Of a DNA stretch of 40,000 nt, positions 1-9,396 are shown in pieces. Every line of letters begins with the position of its first letter. Position 1 is the stretch's first letter. The stretch lies in sequence record MH552500.1; one strand, 5' to 3'. The stretch is from a crAssphage sp. isolate ctcc615. The notes beneath the pieces were generated by a model. It had not been told where the DNA came from, searched no databases, and saw only the letters and a list, made by a program, of their open reading frames with translations. Made by a program: the position numbers and the translations under genes.

Positions 1-3000
1 TCTAATGAATTTTCTACTTGGTCTGCTAATGATTCTAATAATAGATATCTCAGAAAAGAATATTACGAATCTGTATTAAAAGATTATAAAGAATCTTTAG
101 ATAGAGGTGATATGAATACTACGTTTGAAGAAATATTAGAACGTAAAGATAAAGATTTAGATACATATAGATTCACTCCTCGTAAAACTAGAATTACTAC
201 TTTTGCTAAAACTTTTGATATAAACGATAAAGGAACTGCTTATAGTGGTGGTTTTGAAAATGTTATAGATAAAGTTACAGATTATTTTAGTAAAAATCCT
301 GTAGGAGAATTATATGTTCATAGTAGCGCTTTAGGAAGATTTATAAAAAATACTGGTGCTATAAACGGAAGTGTTCAGAAAATAAATGGTAAATATTATA
401 CTATACAAAAAGTAAATTTTAGTAGAAAAAACAATACATATATAAAACACGGAAGACCTGTTACAGAAAATAATCCTCAAATTAAAGAAATGTTTGAAAA
501 AGCACAAGATGCAAACTATGAAATCAAAGATGCTTTTTTAATTACACCTTATAATGAAAATGTAGGTAACACAAGAAATTCTAGTGTAACAGAAAGAAAC
601 GATGGTGTCACAGCTACTACTATCGGTGTAAGGTCTATGAAAACTATGGCTAATAGAAGAGCATCTGAAGGAGATCAAAATGCTATTTCTGCATTAGAAT
701 ATCTTAATAATAAAGACATTACATCATCCAATGCGTCTGTTTCTGAGAATATAGAAGATGTTATAAGAACAACAGCTGAATATGTTCAAACTTCTGTAGA
801 AGACATTTTAAATAATCTTAATTATTTTATGACTGATGCAGACGGTGTTGTACATTCTATAACAGAACCAGAAATAATGGATTTGATTCGTAATAATCAA
901 ACAGCTAGAAATAAATTTCTTAAAACTATTTTGGATGCTAGAGCTTTTGTTAGAAATTATAAAATCATAAATGAATTAGATGTTGATTCTGAATCAGAAA
1001 ATATAAAACATCTATTAAAAAAGATAAAAGATAGTATCCATAAATTACAAAATGCTACTATAATAAATAATGCAGAAAAAGCATTTGCTAATGATGTTTT
1101 AGCTAAATATAGTAATAATCCTTTAATTCAAGATAATATAATAAGTGTTTTAGACGGTTATCATAGCACAGGTGCGTTTGATGCGTGGGTTAACGATTTA
1201 CAAGAAACTTCTAATCCTCTATTACAAATTGTAACAAAAGAAGTAATGGGAGATATTAGAGCTAAGGAAATGTTAGCTACTAAACGTGTTCGTGAATTTA
1301 AAACAAGAGTTGCAGAAATAAAAAAGAAAGCTAAAGAAGCAGGAGTTAGTATAAATTGGAAACATATAATTGATGATTATGGTAAATTTGTACAAGATTA
1401 CAATCAAGCATTTTTAGATAGACTAACAGAATTAAGAAATGATATTTCCAATGCTAAAATAACATACGGAGTAGGTAGCATAGAACATCTTAAAGCAAAG
1501 TTAGAATATGATAAGTGGAAACTTAAGAATACTAACCAAATGCTTAAAGACGAATATTATACTAGACGTATAGCGCTAGAAGAACATATGCTTAATTCGT
1601 TTTCTGCTATTTATTCTGAATATAAACAACTTCAAGCAAAACAAAGAGAACTTTTAAATAGATCTAAATCTGGTGTTCTTGACCAGCATTATCAGGATGA
1701 ACTTAAACAAGTTAAACAAGAAATTAATAATCTTGTCGAAACTTATTATTACGATCAATCTATAGGTCAATTTGTTCAAAAGAAATCTAATTCTGATCCT
1801 AGTAATCCTTTTACTGGAAAAGATAGAAAAATTATGAGTTTAGAAGCAGCAAATGCTTTACAAGCTCATCTTAAAGCTATGAAGGCATTAAGAGAAGAAT
1901 ATTTTGAAGAAAGTGAAAAATTTGGATTTCAAGAACAACTTGATAAATATCTTGACATAATAAATAACTATGAGATGAGAGATGCTAATGGAGAAATAAC
2001 TACTCCTATGGCAGAACTTATGAAACATGAAGATTATGTAAAAGCTAAAGAATGGATTAATAATAATACAAGATTTGTAATTAATCAAGAAATTCAAGAA
2101 AAATTATCATCTGCTTTTAAAGCTCTAAAGTCAAGTAGCGAAGGACGTAAAGTTTTAAAAGCTATAGCTAAAAAGAACGAAGCTTATGATTCTTTTGGTG
2201 TTATAGATGCAACTAAATTCACAGATGAAGAAATAGAAAATATTCGTAAAGAACAACTTGCTAACTTTAATATTAAAGAAAATCAACCATTTAGTGATAG
2301 AACTTTAATAAGTAATGCTCCTACAGATGATACTATTTTTAGTGCAGAGTTCTATAAAAGAATGACTCTAGATGGTGCTAAGAATCAAGATTATTTAGCA
2401 AAAGTCAATGAAATAAATTCTATTCTTTCTAAATATTATACAACTTATGATAATACTCTTCATACTTCTGAAATAACAGAAGAAGATATTAACGAACTTC
2501 ATAAATTATATGAAGAATTAGATAATATAAAAACTAAAGGAAAGTCTACTAATGGTAAGCAAGTTCACAAGTTTATACAAGATCATGTTGAATTTACTTA
2601 TGACATGGTTAAATATGAACGTGAACGTGAATTTGCTCGTCAAAAAGGAGATAGATATTTTAGACTTTGGAAAAAGATTAATGAAACAGTTGAAGAAACA
2701 GAAAGTGGTGAAACAAAAGTAGTACCCAATCGTTATATTTACGGTTACGCTAAACCAAAAGGATATAAGGAAGATGGTACAGGAGATAATACTTATGTAG
2801 ATAAAAATAAAACAGAAGCTATTCGTACTATTCGTAAATATACGAGGAATACAAAAACTCAATACTATTATCAGAAGTACAAAGAAATGCGTGCTAAATC
2901 TGATGAAGAATTTAACAAATGGTATAATACTAATCATATTTATAATCCTTATACTCACACAACTGAGCCTATACAATGTTGGACAAAACTTGAAGTTAAG

Positions 3001-5586
3001 GATGATGTTGTAGAAGAAGGAACTATAGCGGAATCTGCTTCTGGTACTTATGTTCCTAGTTTTAATCAAACTGATGTAAAACCTAAAGAAGATAAAATAA
3101 ATTCTAACTATAAAGTAGGTAGATCGACAGCCGACAATTACAAAGGAGGTATATCTGAATATAACAACGATATACAAGTTAATGAAGCAGAAAAAGAAAT
3201 GCGTCAACTTTTTCAAGATACCCTTAGAGGTTTAGCTAATACAACACAGGCTAATAAATTTCTTGACAAAGGTTATATGGTATCTCGTGCTAAACAACAA
3301 GAACATGATGCTGCTTTTTATGCAAAAGAATCTGCTAAACTTCTTGGTTGGATAAATACTTCTTCTGGTAAAGAATCTTGGTATAGCGATGATAGAATAG
3401 ATTATTCTAATGATACTACTATAGATATGCCTATGACGACTTTATTAAAATCTAAAGAAAGTATAGACGTACCTAGAGTAGCACCAAAAAGAGAAGAAAA
3501 CGAAAGTATCGATGATTATGAAAAACGGTTAGCTAAGTTTAATGAAGATAAAAAGAAAGCAGAAGAACATAATGCTAAAATTCATAAAGATCTTTTGGAT
3601 AATAACTGGGAATCAGTTATGGAAGAATTTATTCATAAAGCAGCACATTTTAACGCAGTTCAAGACAATAAATATATGTTGTTTTATGCTAAACAAATGA
3701 TTGATAAACTTGAAGTTTATTCTAAAAATTTAGGATTTAATGATTTAGAAAAAACAGGAGAAAGAAGTGACGATGGAGAAAACCATTATGTTACAAAACA
3801 AGATACAAGACTTCAAGAACAATATATAAATTGGATTCGTAGACTTGTATATGACCAATGGAAAAAACCTAATAATAGATTTACTAGAGCAGCTAATGTT
3901 CTTCAGAGTTTAACTTCTGCTAAATTCATGATGTTAAATGTTACTGGAGGTATAGCTAATATAACAGTTGGTGAAACTCAAGTTATAGCTGAAGCTCTAG
4001 CAAAAGAACATTTTGGAGGTAAAACCTGGGCTATGGGAATGAATACATGGAGAGCTGGACTTCCTAGTTTCATAGCAGATATGTATAAAGAAGAAGCTAC
4101 AACGTTAGCTAGTGCTATTTGTAAGTTTATGAATGTTATAGATTTTGATGAAAATACAGGTTCTGTTCACGTTCCTGACGCAGCAGAATATATTAAACGA
4201 GTACGTGATTTAGCATTTAGTCCTCAAGCTATTGGTGAACATATGATGCAAAATGGTGCTATGTTTAGTATGATGCATAGTCATAGATTGTTTATAAATG
4301 AAGATAAAGAAAATAATGGTAAACTTTCTTATGAACTTCTTACTGAATCTCAATATACAAACAAGTTACATCAACAAGCTCTTAAAGAAATTCTAACAGA
4401 AGAACAAAAAGAACTATTTGATAAATTTGTTAAAAGTGAAACCTCAGATGCCAATAGTACCAAAGAATATGCTTGGTTTAGAAAAAATTTTGCTACAGAA
4501 TTTGCAAATATTTATCTAAATTATGAACAAAAGAAAAAATTTACAGAAAAAAGAGATGCTCTTATAGAGAAAGCTAAAAGAGAATTCAATGATGATAAAA
4601 ATCATCCTACTCTGTTTAGCCAACTTAAACTAGGAAAAGATGGAAAACTAGACTTCAAAGAAGATTCTATACTTTCCTCTATAGGGGAGGAAGCTTATCA
4701 AATTCTAGGTCATTTTAAGGGTAGAGTTATTTCTGTAAATAAAAAGATTCATGGTGTTTATGATAGGCTTGGTGCTGCTAAATGGGAATCTCAATGGTGG
4801 GGTAGTCTTGTTATGCAATATCATAAACATTTATATCCTGGTATTATGAAACGTTATCGCCGTCAAGGATATTTTAATGAAGAACGTGCTACTATTGAAA
4901 AAGGTTGTTATGCTTCTATTAAAGATTTCCTTGCTCTTCCTCTTCATAAAGCTAAAGCTATGAAGAAATTACAGCAAGAAAATGGTATGACTGATGCAGA
5001 AGTTACAACAATGCAAGGTTTACAGAATATAGTAAAAGCTTATGTAGATTTTGCTTTACATGCTAAATTAAATTATGATACTATGTCTGAATACGATAGA
5101 GCAAATATCCGTAGAGCTTTTGGTGATTTTATAGGAGTAATGTCTGCTGTATGTCTTGCTATAGCTTTACGTGTAGCAGCAGGAGATGACGATGAAGATA
5201 AAGGTCTTGTTTATAATCTTATGATGTATGAAGCTGATAGACTTGCTTCTGAATCGTTTATGTATAATCCTTTAGGTCTTGTTTCTGAAGGTAAAAAACT
5301 TTGGTCTAGTCCTGTTGCATTTACTAATAGTATTGAAGACGGACTTGCTACAGTTGGTTTGATTTCTCAATGGGCTATACAAGGTGACGAATTTGATCCT
5401 TATTATTCATCTGGACTTTATGCTGGAGAAAATAAATTTGATGTTATGATAAAACGCAATATACCTATGTATCATAGTATTTATATGTTAGAACGTCTTA
5501 ATCGTAGTAACAAATATTATAAACTTGGTGACAATATGCTTACAATTATTCCTACTAAACAAATAGCTGATTATATAAACGAATAA
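1..5586 (+). CDS. Giant virion-associated/cargo-type protein of crAss-like phage (3' part; gene runs off the left edge)
   Basis: Frame 1 is open from base 1 (SNEFSTWSANDSNNRYLRKEYYESVLKDYKESLDRGDMNTTFEE...) into the 1824-aa ORF; ends TAA at 5584-5586. Long charged coiled/helical protein with a C-terminal hydrophobic stretch (FIGVMSAVCLAIALRVAAG). Confidence 0.7.
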   Translation, partial: SNEFSTWSANDSNNRYLRKEYYESVLKDYKESLDRGDMNTTFEEILERKDKDLDTYRFTPRKTRITTFAKTFDINDKGTAYSGGFENVIDKVTDYFSKNPVGELYVHSSALGRFIKNTGAINGSVQKINGKYYTIQKVNFSRKNNTYIKHGRPVTENNPQIKEMFEKAQDANYEIKDAFLITPYNENVGNTRNSSVTERNDGVTATTIGVRSMKTMANRRASEGDQNAISALEYLNNKDITSSNASVSENIEDVIRTTAEYVQTSVEDILNNLNYFMTDADGVVHSITEPEIMDLIRNNQTARNKFLKTILDARAFVRNYKIINELDVDSESENIKHLLKKIKDSIHKLQNATIINNAEKAFANDVLAKYSNNPLIQDNIISVLDGYHSTGAFDAWVNDLQETSNPLLQIVTKEVMGDIRAKEMLATKRVREFKTRVAEIKKKAKEAGVSINWKHIIDDYGKFVQDYNQAFLDRLTELRNDISNAKITYGVGSIEHLKAKLEYDKWKLKNTNQMLKDEYYTRRIALEEHMLNSFSAIYSEYKQLQAKQRELLNRSKSGVLDQHYQDELKQVKQEINNLVETYYYDQSIGQFVQKKSNSDPSNPFTGKDRKIMSLEAANALQAHLKAMKALREEYFEESEKFGFQEQLDKYLDIINNYEMRDANGEITTPMAELMKHEDYVKAKEWINNNTRFVINQEIQEKLSSAFKALKSSSEGRKVLKAIAKKNEAYDSFGVIDATKFTDEEIENIRKEQLANFNIKENQPFSDRTLISNAPTDDTIFSAEFYKRMTLDGAKNQDYLAKVNEINSILSKYYTTYDNTLHTSEITEEDINELHKLYEELDNIKTKGKSTNGKQVHKFIQDHVEFTYDMVKYEREREFARQKGDRYFRLWKKINETVEETESGETKVVPNRYIYGYAKPKGYKEDGTGDNTYVDKNKTEAIRTIRKYTRNTKTQYYYQKYKEMRAKSDEEFNKWYNTNHIYNPYTHTTEPIQCWTKLEVKDDVVEEGTIAESASGTYVPSFNQTDVKPKEDKINSNYKVGRSTADNYKGGISEYNNDIQVNEAEKEMRQLFQDTLRGLANTTQANKFLDKGYMVSRAKQQEHDAAFYAKESAKLLGWINTSSGKESWYSDDRIDYSNDTTIDMPMTTLLKSKESIDVPRVAPKREENESIDDYEKRLAKFNEDKKKAEEHNAKIHKDLLDNNWESVMEEFIHKAAHFNAVQDNKYMLFYAKQMIDKLEVYSKNLGFNDLEKTGERSDDGENHYVTKQDTRLQEQYINWIRRLVYDQWKKPNNRFTRAANVLQSLTSAKFMMLNVTGGIANITVGETQVIAEALAKEHFGGKTWAMGMNTWRAGLPSFIADMYKEEATTLASAICKFMNVIDFDENTGSVHVPDAAEYIKRVRDLAFSPQAIGEHMMQNGAMFSMMHSHRLFINEDKENNGKLSYELLTESQYTNKLHQQALKEILTEEQKELFDKFVKSETSDANSTKEYAWFRKNFATEFANIYLNYEQKKKFTEKRDALIEKAKREFNDDKNHPTLFSQLKLGKDGKLDFKEDSILSSIGEEAYQILGHFKGRVISVNKKIHGVYDRLGAAKWESQWWGSLVMQYHKHLYPGIMKRYRRQGYFNEERATIEKGCYASIKDFLALPLHKAKAMKKLQQENGMTDAEVTTMQGLQNIVKAYVDFALHAKLNYDTMSEYDRANIRRAFGDFIGVMSAVCLAIALRVAAGDDDEDKGLVYNLMMYEADRLASESFMYNPLGLVSEGKKLWSSPVAFTNSIEDGLATVGLISQWAIQGDEFDPYYSSGLYAGENKFDVMIKRNIPMYHSIYMLERLNRSNKYYKLGDNMLTIIPTKQIADYINE

Positions 5587-5587
5587 T

Positions 5588-5610
5588 GACCTCCCCCGTA
5601 GAAAGGTTGC
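5588..5610 (+). repeat. Dispersed motif copy 1: GACCTCCCCCGTAGAAAGGTTGC
   Basis: Intergenic, identical over 23 nt to copy 2. Confidence 0.9.
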
Positions 5611-5645
5611 AGCAATGTAACCTTTCTACTTAAATTATTAAAATT

Positions 5646-6107
5646 ATGCCTGAAACAAGAAAAGATACTATTCATTTAGACGAAGTTACGGTTTATCCAA
5701 ACACTATAACATTATCTACTTTTAATCCTCTTCATCCTAATTATATTCCTGGTCATAGCAGAATTACATTTACTAGTAACGATCCAGAACTAAGAAACGG
5801 TACTGTTAATACTAAAATGCGTGATCCTAATTATAATTTTGTAACTAATAATTGTTCTGATGATACTAGAAAAGTATTAGAAGCTACATTTGGTGTTCCT
5901 CTTGATTATAATTTCTTTACTACACCAGGAGATGTTAGAGATTATTTTTCAAAAATGGGAGCTATAACTAAAGAAAGACGTAAGCTTAAGTCTGCTCCTA
6001 CTACTACACAAGTTATAAATGTTACTAAAGATCAATATAGAAAAGGTCTTGCAGTAATAGATAGCATAAATGAACCTAGAATACATGTAAGACGTAAAGA
6101 TAAATAA
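5646..6107 (+). CDS. Hypothetical protein with NNCSDDTR motif; possible papain-like/NlpC-LRAT-like cysteine fold
   Basis: Clean ORF; LDEVTVYP N-terminus, YNFVTNNCSDDTRKVLEATFGVPL segment. Confidence 0.6.
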   Translation: MPETRKDTIHLDEVTVYPNTITLSTFNPLHPNYIPGHSRITFTSNDPELRNGTVNTKMRDPNYNFVTNNCSDDTRKVLEATFGVPLDYNFFTTPGDVRDYFSKMGAITKERRKLKSAPTTTQVINVTKDQYRKGLAVIDSINEPRIHVRRKDK

Positions 6108-6125
6108 AATATTAAAGTTAATATC

Positions 6126-6608
6126 ATGGCACGACCTAGTTTAGAATTTATGGTTCAACCTAGTGATATTCCAGTAGAAGCACAAGGAACTCTGTCTATA
6201 GATAATAATGTAAGAAAGAAATCAGAACAATTATACCAAAAAAAAATAGAATATAATGCTACTGCTAAAGATAGATATAAAAGAAGAATGGCTACTTTAT
6301 CTACGATAGGTAATATAATAGGTTTTATTCCTGGTGGAAAAATAGTAGGCATTCCTATGCAAATTCCTGATTTTATAGAAGACGCTAAAGATGTGGAAGT
6401 TGAACCTAATCTTGTCAATGGAACTCATTTAGCTTTAGACATTTTAGGTATTGGAACTAAATGGACTAAAACAAAAGTTGATGATTTTCTTCAAGCAGGA
6501 GGTTTAATAGATGATGGTTATACTTCTGTTACAGGTAAAGATGGATTAGAAGATATTCAAGGTGTAATTACTTCGAATAACAAGAAAAAATCTAAAAGTA
6601 GTAAATAA
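6126..6608 (+). CDS. Hypothetical phage protein
   Basis: ORF closely following 5646..6107 on the same strand, with a hydrophobic central segment. Confidence 0.6.
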   Translation: MARPSLEFMVQPSDIPVEAQGTLSIDNNVRKKSEQLYQKKIEYNATAKDRYKRRMATLSTIGNIIGFIPGGKIVGIPMQIPDFIEDAKDVEVEPNLVNGTHLALDILGIGTKWTKTKVDDFLQAGGLIDDGYTSVTGKDGLEDIQGVITSNNKKKSKSSK

Positions 6609-6680
6609 TTTTTAACATAATAAATTATATAATTATTTGAACATATTATTATATTTGTAGTAGAAATAATTCTACCAAAA

Positions 6681-6710
6681 GAGTTGGTAGTAATAAAAGT
6701 ACTCCAACTC
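6681..6710 (+). terminator. Stem-loop GAGTTGG-T-AGTA...TACT-CCAACTC just upstream of tRNA-Gln
   Basis: 7 bp + 4 bp inverted repeat with one bulged T. Confidence 0.45.
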
Positions 6711-6714
6711 AAAT

Positions 6715-6785
6715 TGCCCTATGGTGTAACGGTAGCACTACAGTTTTTGGTTCTGTCTGTATAGGTTCGAGTCCTATTGGGGTGA
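6715..6785 (+). tRNA. tRNA-Gln(UUG), no encoded CCA
   Basis: Cloverleaf: acceptor TGCCCTA/TGGGGTG (with wobbles), anticodon arm ACAGT-TTTTGGT-TCTGT, T arm ATAGG-TTCGAGT-CCTAT. Confidence 0.85.
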
Positions 6786-6983
6786 CGCTGATTTTCTTAA
6801 TAGTTGATTGTGATTGGATGATTATTTGTTGATTGGTAATAAGCGTTAGATCGGTTGGTGCTCTCATTATCTGTGAAGATAGTGAGAGTTTTCTTTTTAA
6901 TATGTACCGTAATTGTACCAACGATGATAAAAAAAAAGAGTAAGCAAAGTATTAAAACTCTACTTACTCTATATGATAAGAAA

Positions 6984-7070
6984 TATAAAATATTTTTAGT
7001 CAATTTCAGACACTTTATTTCAGAACTGAACAATTCATCAACTAAAGTATATAAATGCAACACAGAGCAC
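6984..7070. repeat. Dispersed ~87-nt intergenic element, copy A
   Basis: TATAAAATATTTTTAGTCAATTTCAGA at 6984-7010 and CAACACAGAGCAC at 7058-7070; same two blocks, same 74-nt offset, as in copy B at 14836. Confidence 0.65.
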
Positions 7071-7180
7071 ATAACCTACAAAATTGACCTATCCTACAAA
7101 TCTATATCCGGTGCAACAAATCAAAAACTATAAACTATTTACTATAATTTTATTTATACTATTAATTGTAAGACTAAAAC

Positions 7181-7212
7181 AAAAGGTAGAAGAACTTAGT
7201 CTTCTACCTTTT
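7181..7212. terminator. Bidirectional terminator-like hairpin at the convergent junction of rightward and leftward blocks
   Basis: Perfect 13-bp stem AAAAGGTAGAAGA / TCTTCTACCTTTT with 6-nt loop; A-rich and T-rich flanks on both sides. Confidence 0.85.
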
Positions 7213-7219
7213 ATTCATA

Positions 7220-7489
7220 TCAGAAATTTATATCATTTATAAGTTGTAATACTTTCTTTTTACTCATAGTTCCTTTAAAATGATATTTAATAACATTTTT
7301 ATCATTTAAAAAAACTACAGTTGGAAAGTCAGTAAATATAACTTGTGATTTTATAAATTCGGGTGTTTCTGTAAAATCATAACTACTTATTGTAAATGTA
7401 GGGTGTTCTTGTTTTACATCTTCTATAATGTTTCTAATACATCTACATGCTTCACAATTTTCAGTAGTTATAATTAAAACTTTATTCAT
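7220..7489 (-). CDS. Thioredoxin/glutaredoxin-like protein
   Basis: MNKVLIITTENCEACRC...TDFPTVVFLNDKNVIKYHFKG: CxxC near the N-terminus and a cis-Pro (DFPTV) motif. Confidence 0.75.
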   Translation of the reverse strand: MNKVLIITTENCEACRCIRNIIEDVKQEHPTFTISSYDFTETPEFIKSQVIFTDFPTVVFLNDKNVIKYHFKGTMSKKKVLQLINDINF

Positions 7490-7814
7490 TTATTTTGCTA
7501 TTGTTGATTTTAGATGCATCTGCATCATAATCAGAACCAAAAGTACAAATAACACCAATACTAGGAGCAATATCGCAGTCTGTTACTTTAGTATAATATT
7601 CATTGCCATCAAATACAACTCCTGCATTTTTCATACGAGCACTAAGAGCTTCTTCATATTTCTTCATAGCAGAAAGTTGTATGCATTTATTAGCATATTC
7701 TACTTTATCATCTTTTTCTAATGTTATAGCATTATATACATTAGCGTGTAACTCTTTAATTTTATTATAAATGTAAGAATGTTCATTTATAAGTCCTTTT
7801 TGATAACTAGTCAT
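7482..7814 (-). CDS. Hypothetical protein
   Basis: ORF overlapping neighbour by a few nt in a compact leftward array. Confidence 0.6.
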   Translation of the reverse strand: MTSYQKGLINEHSYIYNKIKELHANVYNAITLEKDDKVEYANKCIQLSAMKKYEEALSARMKNAGVVFDGNEYYTKVTDCDIAPSIGVICTFGSDYDADASKINNSKINE

Positions 7815-7826
7815 ATTATTATCGAT

Positions 7827-8108
7827 TTATTTTTCTGTTATGTTAATTTGTTTAAGACTATTTGTATCAGGAGTCAAACCTCTTTTTTTCATATCAGCTT
7901 CATATTGACCTCTCATATTTTTCATATTAGCATATGCTTCTTTTCTAATTTCTTTATTTTTATCAAATATTCTTTTGAGATTCTTCAACATATTAGAAAG
8001 ATGTGAAAGTTTAATTATTTTAAGATGGTCAACAGCATCTATTTGTTCTATTAATTCATTTACAAACACTTCAACATCTTCGTTTGTTTTTATGTCTTTT
8101 ATTTCCAT
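7827..8108 (-). CDS. Hypothetical protein, helical/charged
   Basis: ORF in compact array. Confidence 0.6.
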   Translation of the reverse strand: MEIKDIKTNEDVEVFVNELIEQIDAVDHLKIIKLSHLSNMLKNLKRIFDKNKEIRKEAYANMKNMRGQYEADMKKRGLTPDTNSLKQINITEK

Positions 8109-8132
8109 AATTATATTATATTAATTTTTAAA

Positions 8133-8405
8133 TTAATGAGTACAAGCATTATTGTTATTTGTATTGCTATATTCAGTTAAAACTACATCTGGTATACACT
8201 TATTATTTACTTTAGTATACGCATCTACATACCATTCTTCTTTTATTCCATTATAAGTAACTTCGAAATAAAGATTACTATTTTTGGCTCCTACAAGGAA
8301 TTTACGATTACCAAGTATATAACAACTCCAAACAATAAATAAATCAGTTTTATTTAGAGGACCTGGAGTAGCTAGCATTACAGCATTAAATACTTTATTT
8401 TCCAT
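8133..8405 (-). CDS. Hypothetical protein
   Basis: ORF in compact array. Confidence 0.55.
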   Translation of the reverse strand: MENKVFNAVMLATPGPLNKTDLFIVWSCYILGNRKFLVGAKNSNLYFEVTYNGIKEEWYVDAYTKVNNKCIPDVVLTEYSNTNNNNACTH

Positions 8406-8408
8406 AAT

Positions 8409-8750
8409 TTACAATTTAAGTTCTTTAAGAGTAGGTTCTATCTTTTGACTTTCAGGATTCATAGATTCAGTATAATGATCGCTTTTATCAAGCCTTTTAA
8501 GATTCATTCCAAGCCACATTACAGCTTCTTGTAGTTTGGTAATAGTAAGACTTGTTTCACGAGAAGGAATAAATTCTTTAACTCGTTGAATAATTTCATC
8601 AATATCTTTACGAAGTTGTTCAGTTTTTCTAATTTCTTCAGTCATAATAATAGTTGCAGCGATAATAAATTGAACTAAATGTTTATCTTTTTCATATTCA
8701 GGATATTCTTTAAAAAAAGTTACCAAAATGTTTATTACAAAAGTTTTCAT
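8409..8750 (-). CDS. Candidate Acb2/Tad1 hairpin-domain protein (anti-CBASS/anti-Thoeris sponge family)
   Basis: C-terminal helical hairpin LRKDIDEIIQRVKEFIPSRETSLTITKLQEAVMWLGMNLKRL resembles the ...P.RE.SLAxTKLEEAxMW... signature of this family. Confidence 0.6.
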   Translation of the reverse strand: MKTFVINILVTFFKEYPEYEKDKHLVQFIIAATIIMTEEIRKTEQLRKDIDEIIQRVKEFIPSRETSLTITKLQEAVMWLGMNLKRLDKSDHYTESMNPESQKIEPTLKELKL

Positions 8751-8800
8751 CTGACTTCTTTATATTATCCATGAATATTTTCATATTTTCGAAAACGTTA

Positions 8801-9247
8801 TTAAGCTCCTGTGCTTCCATGACCTCCAGTTCCTCGTTCGCTATCACTAAGATAATCTGCTTCTACAAATTCTATTTTAGGATAAGGGAGAATAATCATT
8901 TGAAACACTCTATCTCCTAGTTCGTAACCTTTCTTGAGATTAGCTATTACATCTGGAGTAAAATCTCTATTCTTAAAACTAGCCATTATTTCGCCTCTGT
9001 ATCCTGCATCGATTACACCAACAGAATTAGTAAGATATAGATCAGTTTTACGATTAGAACTTCTAGGAAAACAAAGACCAACATGTCCTTCAGGAATTTC
9101 GATAGCAAGTCCTGTTCCGAATACATGACAATCTATATCTTCTTTATATTCGTAACTTGTAGCAACAAAATCAAGTCCAGCATCTGTGTCATGAGCGTAA
9201 CTAGGAATAATTGCATCTTTAGAAAGTTTCTTAATTTTTACTTCCAT
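8801..9247 (-). CDS. dut: dUTPase (deoxyuridine 5'-triphosphate nucleotidohydrolase)
   Basis: Trimeric dUTPase motifs: DAGLDF, PRSS, GVIDAGYRGEI, RVFQMI, RGTGGHGSTG. Start placed at the internal Met (MEVKIKK). Confidence 0.92.
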   Translation of the reverse strand: MEVKIKKLSKDAIIPSYAHDTDAGLDFVATSYEYKEDIDCHVFGTGLAIEIPEGHVGLCFPRSSNRKTDLYLTNSVGVIDAGYRGEIMASFKNRDFTPDVIANLKKGYELGDRVFQMIILPYPKIEFVEADYLSDSERGTGGHGSTGA

Positions 9248-9348
9248 ATTAATAATATTATTAAGTTTATTAAAAGAATATAGCAAATATAAGTAATTTT
9301 ATTATAAACTACAAACATTTGCTATATGTTATATTAATTTTTCAGTCA

Positions 9349-9371
9349 GCAACCTTTCTACGGGGGAGGTC
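9349..9371 (-). repeat. Dispersed motif copy 2: GACCTCCCCCGTAGAAAGGTTGC
   Basis: Intergenic between DUF932 and dUTPase genes. Confidence 0.9.
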
Positions 9372-9396
9372 GAAGAGCAATATAATTAATAATAGT

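Noticed and set aside
4675-4697. TCCTCTATAGGGGAGGAAG as a tenth motif copy
   Set aside because: Two mismatches in the core; reported only as a weak lookalike.
6797-7133. Overlapping opposite-strand ORFs 6797..7072 (-) and 6855..7133 (+)
   Set aside because: No recognisable motifs and they overlap the dispersed intergenic element; coding status unsupported.
9349-9371. Motif TCTACGGGGGAGG as a piece of 16S rRNA (similar to CTCCTACGGGAGGCAGCAG)
   Set aside because: Matches only loosely; no neighbouring rRNA sequence, and the copies diverge from rRNA at fixed positions.
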